Assembly (NCBI GenBank): GCA_964016885.1
Contig: OZ024746.1
Span: 64,542,001 to 64,606,000 of the forward strand
Origin: Eledone cirrhosa
Lineage: Eukaryota
Reading direction: 5' to 3'
Length of the DNA stretch: 64,000 nt
This document shows, piece by piece, positions 56,001 through 64,000 of this stretch; positions within the stretch are counted from its first letter, which is position 1; every line of letters begins with the position of its first letter. The notes under the pieces were generated by a model. The model saw only the letters and a list, made by a program, of their open reading frames with translations. It was not told where the DNA came from and ran no database searches. The translations under genes and the position numbers were made by a program.

Positions 56001-57189
56001 CTAATTTAACCGAAAAGAAATTGAATAAAATTTCATTTAGAGATTTCATGGATGTGTCATAATTGCTACTGTTACAACTTTTTGTATTGCAGCAAATTAT
56101 TTTGTTTTATGTATTTAAGGGATATATTAATCTTTCTAGTTTTGTTACCGTTCTGCACTGAACAATTTTGGTCAAATAGACATGATCTATTTTATATCTC
56201 TCATACTGTCTTACACTTCTACAATATTGCTTTGATATTGCAGACTATAATTCAATATAAACATGATATTTATTTTGTCTTTAAGAAGGATGTTCAAGTT
56301 TACCTTATAATTCTGAATACAACTTTCTCCAGGGCTTTTCTGTATTTGTAAAGTTCCTCTCTAAATTGTAGTGTTAGGCAAGATTTTTTTTGTGGAGGAC
56401 CAGCAGTCTCTCATGCATGCAAGCCCAACCTCCCTATACCTCCAATGTTGTCCAAGAGAAAGGCAAGGACTGTTACAGTTTGACATCAGTGTTTTCATAG
56501 GCAAATTCAGAATATAAAGGGCTGAAAGTGATACTACAAGGCATCACTTCCGGCGCTCTACTAATTTTTACAACCGACCCCATAAGATTAGTACATTATT
56601 TATTAACTTTATTAACCCCAAAAGGATGTAAGGTAAAGTTGATCTCAGCTAGATTTGAACTCAATTTGAGAGAGCTGGGTCAAATAATATGAGTCATTTA
56701 ATCTGATATTGTAACAACTCTGCCAATTTGCTAACCTACTCAATTGATATCTGTTCCATATAAACCCAATGGTAGGTTTGATATTATGACTCAGTTGCTA
56801 AACATATATGATTTATGTTGGTATGTAGCTTTGGGCAACTCTACTCAAGCAGACCTACACCATGGTGATAGGTAAACAATTATTAGGAACTAATAAGTTT
56901 GGTATTTCAGATATGCTATACTTCTGTCTTGCCTAGGTCCATTCAATAAATTAGTTATCAGGAAAGCATTTTAAGAAAGGGTTAGCTTCAGAGGGCCCAT
57001 GACAAGCTTCTCTATTTTGCCCATTTGTCTGCTTCCTTCTTCATCAACCCTCTGGCTTTCATATCCTCCCCCATCATGCCTTCTTTGTTCTTCTTTCTTT
57101 ACTTCTTTCCACATTTATTTCTATCACTTTTCTTAACCAGTCACTTTTGTCCTTCCTCAACACATGATCCATCTCATTCCATTTCTGCA

Positions 57190-57470
57190 GCATCAGTGTA
57201 TTCAGGTATATTATAGCTGTTTTGCTGGTCACTCTAGCGTCAGTGTATTCAGGTATATTGTAGTTGTTTTGCTGGTCACTCTAGCGTCAGTGTATTCAGG
57301 TATATTGTAGTTGTTTTACTGGTCACCCTAGCAGCAATGTATTCAGGTATATTGCTGTTGTTTTACTGGTCACCCTAGCAGCAATGTATTCAGGTGTATT
57401 GTAGTTGTTTTGCTGGTCACCCAAGCAGCAATGTTTTCCAGTGTATTGTAGTTGTTTTACTGGTCACTCT
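57190..57470. repeat. ~47-bp minisatellite, ~6 copies
   Basis: CAGTGTATTCAGGTATATTGTAGTTGTTTTGCTGGTCACTCTAGCGT recurs at ~57194, 57241, 57288 and onward. Confidence 0.9.
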
Positions 57471-58469
57471 CTTCATGTGTTTATAAAGGAAACAAAGCGA
57501 AACTTGAGCCTGCTTGACATTTACTAGAAGTTGTTGGAGAAACCTGTACATAATTTTGAGCTTTATATGGCAATTAATGTTACTGTAATTTTTGCGTCTG
57601 AGAGTTTTGTGCGTAAGATCAATAATATAGATATTTCGTGGTTGAGTTGTTAGTTTTAGAAAGGGCACCCAACTGTAAAATATGGTAAACATCAGTTTCA
57701 GAACATTAATTTCATGTTGTTATGACATATGTTATGTATGTGGTTACAATCATGTGATAATTCTATTTACATAGTAACCAGTGTGAGATATCAATAAAGA
57801 TATTAAACTGTGTGCGTGTGGTGAGGAAGGGATGTTTGCGAATGTCTGCATAAATACAGCATCACTACATGACTTCACTTCTCATTTTGTACCTGGCTAC
57901 CAAAATGGGAGAAAAACAACATAAATTTTAATGGGAAATTTGAAAGATGGTATTGTAGTATAACTCAGGAGAGTTGGTGATGTGGCTAACTGTTTGTAGA
58001 TGGTTGAACATATAATTATTGATAAGAACTGATGTATTAAAGCTGACTACAACTTCAAAGTAGACTTTTACTGCTGGTGTAAGAGAAGCTCCTCAATAAA
58101 GCCCTGACTATCTTTAAAGTAGGAATCACTTACACATATATGGAGTTCTAGTATTTAATATTGAAGCAATCAAGTACATATACTGTTTCTAAATCACAAG
58201 GTAATTAATTGGCAGTCTGATAAGGGCCTAGGATAAACTACTTTGTGTTATTTATTCTTACTATCTGTTTCTGAGTTTAGATCCTTTCAAGGTCAACATT
58301 ATACTTTATTCTTTAGGGGTTCATAAAATATAGTATCTGTTCATGACAGTGGATTGGCAGAATTGTGAGAGTGTCAAATGAAATATCATAGCCTATTTAG
58401 TGTAATAACTGAGGGATTTAAATACTAACCTATCCATTTCATAATAGATAGACAGAGTATTTATTTCCT

Positions 58470-58775
58470 GGCTGTGACACGTTCTCTGCCTCCAACTTAA
58501 TTGCTCTGGCCACAAACCCAGGTACTGTGACCCGCAATGCAGAGGACAGGAAGACAAGCAAATGCTGGGTCTTGTCTGGCCACTTCTTATTCGCACTGGT
58601 CACCTTTGAAACTTCCGGCGTCCTTGGGCCCCAAACTGCGTGGCTCCTCTGTAAAATCAGAATGTGAGCAGCCCATCTGAGGAAGGAGTTCCACAAGGTA
58701 GGGTGTCTGTAGCAGCTGATGTCGCTGGCCATTGTCCGTGGAAACATGTTTGCATTTTGTCCGCAGAGCGCAGCT
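58470..58775 (+). mobile_element. CRE-clade non-LTR retrotransposon C-terminal (RLE) relic
   Basis: CDTFSASNL..NPGTVTRNAEDRKTSKC..HFLFALVTFETSGVLGPQT...QLMSLAIVRGN matches the CRE ET.G..GP...QRLS.AI.RGN pattern; two stops. Confidence 0.72.
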
Positions 58776-59789
58776 GAAACACTGCCTTGCACTAGACATA
58801 GAACCTATCACCTTCTCCCCTTCCCCCTCCATTTTGTCTATGGCTTAATAGTCCATGCTTTTTCCTTCCTTTTCCTCTCATTTATGGCATTTACAATCCT
58901 TTTCTCTACTTTCCTCTTCAGCCACATCTGCCCTTCTTTGCCCTTTGCCACCCTCTGTTCATTATCTTTTTTTTTTCATATTTCCATCATTGTATAACTT
59001 ATTTTTGTAAAATATAGTTAACATAATAAAACAAAAAGTTACCAGTACTAACTTGATTATAGTGGTTCATGGGATTGTTTTCTGAGAAGTTAATTACCTT
59101 AGAAACTTTATATTTGTTGAATTTTCAGATATGGTTAAAACATACTAACAAGTGAAATGTATATAAGACAGAAGGGGTGATGTCAATCATTATAATAAGA
59201 AATAATCTTGAGAAATATTTATTGATTTATTCTGCTTAAAAGTGCTGAACCATGAAGTTCTGAAGAAATGATTACAAGATTCCAAAGTAGTTTAACTTTG
59301 TTTTATTTGTGTAGACATGTGAAAAGCCTGAGCAGAAGGAGTAATGTTGTTGTTGATTATTTGGGTAGTTCAAACACAAGCACTTTCAAGAAAGAAGCAA
59401 TATTCTATTTCAAGGAAATACTTAATAAATGTATTTGATATTGTTATGAACCTTAACTTATTGTATCAAGTTCATCATTATCATTTCCCTGTTAACATGG
59501 GTTGGAAGAATTGCCACAGACCAAGTCAGTACTCAAGTGGGGCTATTGACTTCTCATATGGGCCAGGGGCCTAACTTGCTCACTTATGTTCCTGTACTAT
59601 GCTCGGTACTTGGGCAGGCTGGGGGCCTGTATCATGCTTACAAAAAACGTTCCTCACACTATCAAGAGCATTTTATCACAATGAGGATGATGGTTTCTGA
59701 TTTACGCACAAGACCAACAATTTTTTGGGGAAGAGAAGTCATTTAAATCGCCCCCACTGTATTACAATAGTAACAATAATAACAATAAT

Positions 59790-60640
59790 GGTTTCTTTAT
59801 CAGCCACACAGGGCTGACATTAAACAGACAATAAAGACAGCACAGGACAATACAATGTGTTTGTTTGTTTTTTTGTGTTGAAAATGTTTATAAACATTAA
59901 CTAAAAAACATAACAAATTCCTCAAAAGTGGGGAGACCTCTATGGATCACTCATGGAGAAAGCCCATAAAAGCCACTGTCACTGACCACTGGGACAAGTG
60001 CCCTCTCGCAGTTGTCCTTATCCAATTTACAGGCACATATTCAGAGCAGGCCCATCAACTCAGACCATGCTTGCCACTCTCACCCACCTTTCAACAAACT
60101 GGTTGGAATGCAGCAGTTCCCTTTCCACCCTAATTTTTCTCCTTCGGGTGAAACCTGAAATAGTTAATCAGGGCTTTGCTGTAGAAGAAAGTACTTGTCT
60201 TTAACCCTTTCAAATGCATCCACCGAATGACTTCTTTCATCATGGCCACAAGGTAGATAAAAACTGCCTGTCCTTCCCCACTAAAGGAAGACGGTGAGGA
60301 GAACACAAAGGACTCAGTTGATAGTCAGATCCATCCTACATGTGACAGCAGGTGTTCAACATAAACCCACAATTCAGCAATATTTCGACATTCGATGAAA
60401 GGGTACAGGACGGTTTTGTTGCCTTGTGTGCATCTCAAACAGGCCCAGCTGACAACACGTCCATATCTGTAGAATTTATTTCAACCTGGCAATATTTTGG
60501 TAGCACTGCCACCAGTGATTTCTGGAAGTTATCCATGGGCCCTGGACTGAAAGTCCTCTGGAAAAAAGTAGCTAGTTGATTTTTGGTGATTCTCTAGTTG
60601 ATTCTCCCCCAAAATATCGTCATTTTTACCCACCAATCAC
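59790..60640 (-). mobile_element. Tx1/L1-clade LINE 3' relic abutting an (AAT)n tract
   Basis: Minus frames give AVFIYLVAMMKEVIRW..LINYFRFH..KIRVERE..FVERWVRVA. The 3' terminus GGTTTCTTTAT.AGCCACACAGGGCT also occurs at ~51895. Confidence 0.6.
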
Positions 60641-62189
60641 AAGTGATACATTGGAATGCTGACTGTATCCCTGTCTTCCCATTAAAACAAAAATAAAATT
60701 ATATAAGGCAACATATGAATTGAAGTAAAGTTTTATTAACTCTTCCCAAAAAGTAGATGCACACCATTAATATTCACATCACAATTCTTATCAACTACTG
60801 CAGTTTTTTAAACATAGAAAACCCTTCTTTTCACTGATATTATATTATTAATTTATTAATTTAACTACAACACGTATAGTATCTATCATATAATTAATAT
60901 TCCAAAGAGAAGTGAGTTTGTTTGTTTTTTTAATACATTTTGTGATTTTATGTATCAGTGTTATTTAGATTAGATCTAATTCTGCTGTAGAATCTTTTCC
61001 CTTCTCTTCCCACAAACATACCTGGTTCAGAATAAAAGAAGTATTTACAGAAGATATTAAAAAAGAAAAAAGCTATTGTACATATACACACAAAAATTAC
61101 GTGCTAATGAATAAAAGAAGTATAATAGAAATTGTCTGCTGTCACATCAAGTGTATTATGTGGATTGGTGCTGAGACTCATGTGATCATGTTACTTTTTA
61201 TTGTACCATTGTTATAGTAGTTTAAATTTAGTCCTCATTTTCTTATTGTATTAATACACACTTTGGTAGCTCTGTGTTTTACCTTTGCTTTGTTTTTTTT
61301 ATTTTATATTGTTTGTTTTTGTTGAATGTGAATCAGAAACATTATTTATGAGGAAAGATGATTTGCTATAGACTTATACAGGAGGAAAAAAATCAAAATA
61401 TCTGTATATGTATGTGTATGTCTCTTTATGCAAAATACTATTAGAATTCACTGATAAGTTTACTGATAGCAGTATGAATGAGATAGGATGCTAATAGACA
61501 AGAATTCAATGACTAGCATCTATTATGTATTTTTATTACTTGTGGTGATAAAGATGGTGGTGTTTTTTTTTATTTTTGAGATTATTCCAGACACTGTGAT
61601 TGTGAATCAGTATTGTTGTTTTTTTTATGAGCCACTACTGCTATGTAAACTAAGTTTCAGAATAGATGTTTCAAAGATTTTTAAGAGCTGGTGGATAAAA
61701 CATGGAAATTGGTATAAAAAAAACATATTTGTGTTATCAGAGATTGGCATCAGTGGTTAAGGAGTGGATGTTGTGGGACCATAACAAAAATTCTGTTCTT
61801 AACTTTAATTAAACCTAACTGATGCCATGTAATGAAGCTAGACATTTTCCTATCTTATACATTGTTTTGATTCCTTAATACATAAAACAGATTTTGTTCA
61901 TATGCTATTAGGGTTTTGTCTTGACTTTGGTGATTGCAAAAAGACATGTTAGTTTTCAGGAAATTAACCCTCTGCCTATGAACTATTTTCCCCTGTGTTT
62001 GCAGATGTTCTGCTTTTGCTATACATGTAAGTGAAACATATTTAATAACATTTATGCTATGTACATCACAGCATCCATGATATGGTTGGATTAAGTCACA
62101 TAAATTTCCAACCAAGTTGTACTTTACCCATTTAACCTTACTCTATGGTATGGCACTAGACAGCTAGCTCATAGTTTATAAATACTAAG

Positions 62190-62420
62190 TCTCTGCCAGT
62201 GGCACACTATGGCTGTGAAACATGGACACTGAAAATCACTGATGTTCAAACTGTTGTCATTTGAGACAATATGTTACAGATAAGCGCTACACATCAGCTG
62301 GAAGGACCACAAGGCTAAGGAATCAGTCCTGGAAAAGAGAGGTACACACATCCTAGAGGGATGCATCAATGGCAGATGATAGAAAGACCAAGATGCTGGA
62401 ATGGATGGGAAGAATACTGG
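62190..62420 (+). mobile_element. Degraded RTE fragment
   Basis: PVAHYGCETWTLK...ILEGCING motifs. Confidence 0.6.
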
Positions 62421-63119
62421 CAGTCATGGTGAGAGAGAGGAACCATTGGAGAATATTGGTGCATTTTTCCATGGTACCTTAGTAAGGAGGATGGGAAAAG
62501 AAGAAAGGAGAAAAAAAGCCAGCAAAAACACCACAGTTTACAACTGTATGCCTTGGAGACTTGATTTAGTTCTTTCTCTATTGAAGAAATGTAATGGCAG
62601 TTACTAACTAGAACAAAATGATCTGGATTTGAAATACTTCAAATCCAGATCATTTTGAAATATTTCATGACACAGGCCAAACTGCTGGTTAGTAACAGCG
62701 AACTCAATGTCTCAATGTCCTCTAGTAAGTGGGTGCATAAAATCCGTAGTGGGAATTTTGATACTTTTACAGATGTAATAGATGTTCAGAAATGGTTAGC
62801 TGTTAAGACCTATTATATGAAGTCTCTGAGATGGCTCAATAGATGTTGATCATTTTGTGACACATGTAATTACTTTAGTACTGGGGGTAGTTGTAGGCAT
62901 CATAACTAGAGTTAGCAAGGAATGAAAGAAGTTCAGGGAGTTTTGACTTCTGTTGACTTGAAAAAATGCAGAATAAATGAAACATGTGTAAGAAATATGA
63001 TTCTGTATAATAAAACATAGACATTGAATGGAGAGAACTATGGAGGCAGGATTTTCCACATTAACTTGCATGAGTGGTTAATTCCAACATTATTTGGGCA
63101 ATATTGATGGCATATATTC

Positions 63120-63870
63120 TTCTTGGTTGTCCATCGTAAACGATGATGACATCTTTATTTTAGTACCTGTCTGCTGTGGGCAGGAAGGTGGCTGTGGAGG
63201 CTGATCCTTGACTTGCAGGTCCGGGGACCAGGGTCAGGAGGTGAACGACCTGCGCCTCCAGACCACCCATGTGTGGGTTTGAGACTGGCAACTCCCAGAG
63301 GTTACCTCCACCTGTTACCTCCACTTCTTGCCCACTGCCGCAGCGCTTTGGGAGTGCACGCTAAAGAAGAAACCTGTGCGGGAATGTTTTATAGTGGGAG
63401 GGCCAGTGCACAGTGACGGTTCCACTCACTCGGTCGCAGAAGCCAGAATCCGGTGGTATGGAGGACCGTCACGACCAGGGACTTCCTTGGCTGCAGTGGA
63501 TGGCCACAATGTCTGTAGTGCCTTGCCTTGCCCTAGCGCTCCACAACGCTTGCTGTCGCCACCTTCGTGACGGTTGGGACGATGTTGTCCTCCTCCACTG
63601 ACTCCGCCGGGTCCAGTCTTCGCATGCAGGGGCAGGCATCCCCTATCTAACTCACCAGGGAATTTCAGACCCGTCTGGCTACCCTCAACCTGGTTCGGCC
63701 CGCCAGCCAAGGCGGTTTACCAGGGTGTGGCCGCTATCGCATGCTACAGCTTCTTGGGGCCACAGGTGATAGCTGAGTGTCAGGTGGGACCCAATACAGG
63801 ACGAGCTGTCCTGAAAAGGGCATGGCTAGCCCACCCTACAGAGGTACATGCCCCTCCCTGACATCCCAGG
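63120..63870 (+). mobile_element. GC-rich TE segment, probably an RTE-BovB-type 5' UTR
   Basis: Sharp GC/CpG-rich island. The motifs GTTGTCCATCGTAAACGATGATGAC and GGCTACCCTCAACCTGG..GGTGTGGCCGCT..GCCACAGGTGA resemble RTE 5' UTRs from recall; not aligned. Confidence 0.5.
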
Positions 63871-64000
63871 CATATACACACGTATATTACTTTTTTTTAT
63901 TACTTTTGATTATGAGACTGTGTATATACATATTTAAACATTTTTGGATAGCCGTTGACTCTTATCAGTTCTTCCGCCCTTTGTTAGGTTTTGTTTTTTG

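Noticed and set aside
58710-58760. Hammerhead-like CTGATGT...GAAACATGTT
   Set aside because: A9 is missing, stem I does not pair, and the sequence is explained as CRE coding relic (LMSLAIVRGNM).

Overview
AT-rich, microsatellite-saturated eukaryotic DNA. The SINE/LINE repertoire ((TA)n/(CA)n/(CAT)n arrays, tRNA-derived and Nin-domain-like SINEs, RTE-tail SINEs) points to a coleoid cephalopod, probably Octopus; this is an inference. Almost every ORF in the supplied track is a microsatellite, minisatellite or retrotransposon artefact. The only convincing host coding sequence is one 123-bp + strand exon (44574-44696) encoding the start of an RRM domain (KKVFVGGLP..FFSKYGK; DAZAP1/Hrp48/Musashi/hnRNP A/B type), so most of the window is probably very large intron. 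Relics of RTE, RTE-BovB, Tx1/L1, R2-HERO and CRE non-LTR retrotransposons and several MITEs are present. Main discovery: 19.6-46 kb holds about 11 type I hammerhead-ribozyme folds from 4-5 small element families. Most sit in (TA)n tracts, several are in fold-back (inverted) arrangements, and one lies in a TSD-flanked, terminally redundant ~575-bp retrozyme-like insertion. Catalytic cores and helix pairing are retained across families whose stem II sequences are unrelated. All folds were assigned by eye and none is tested.
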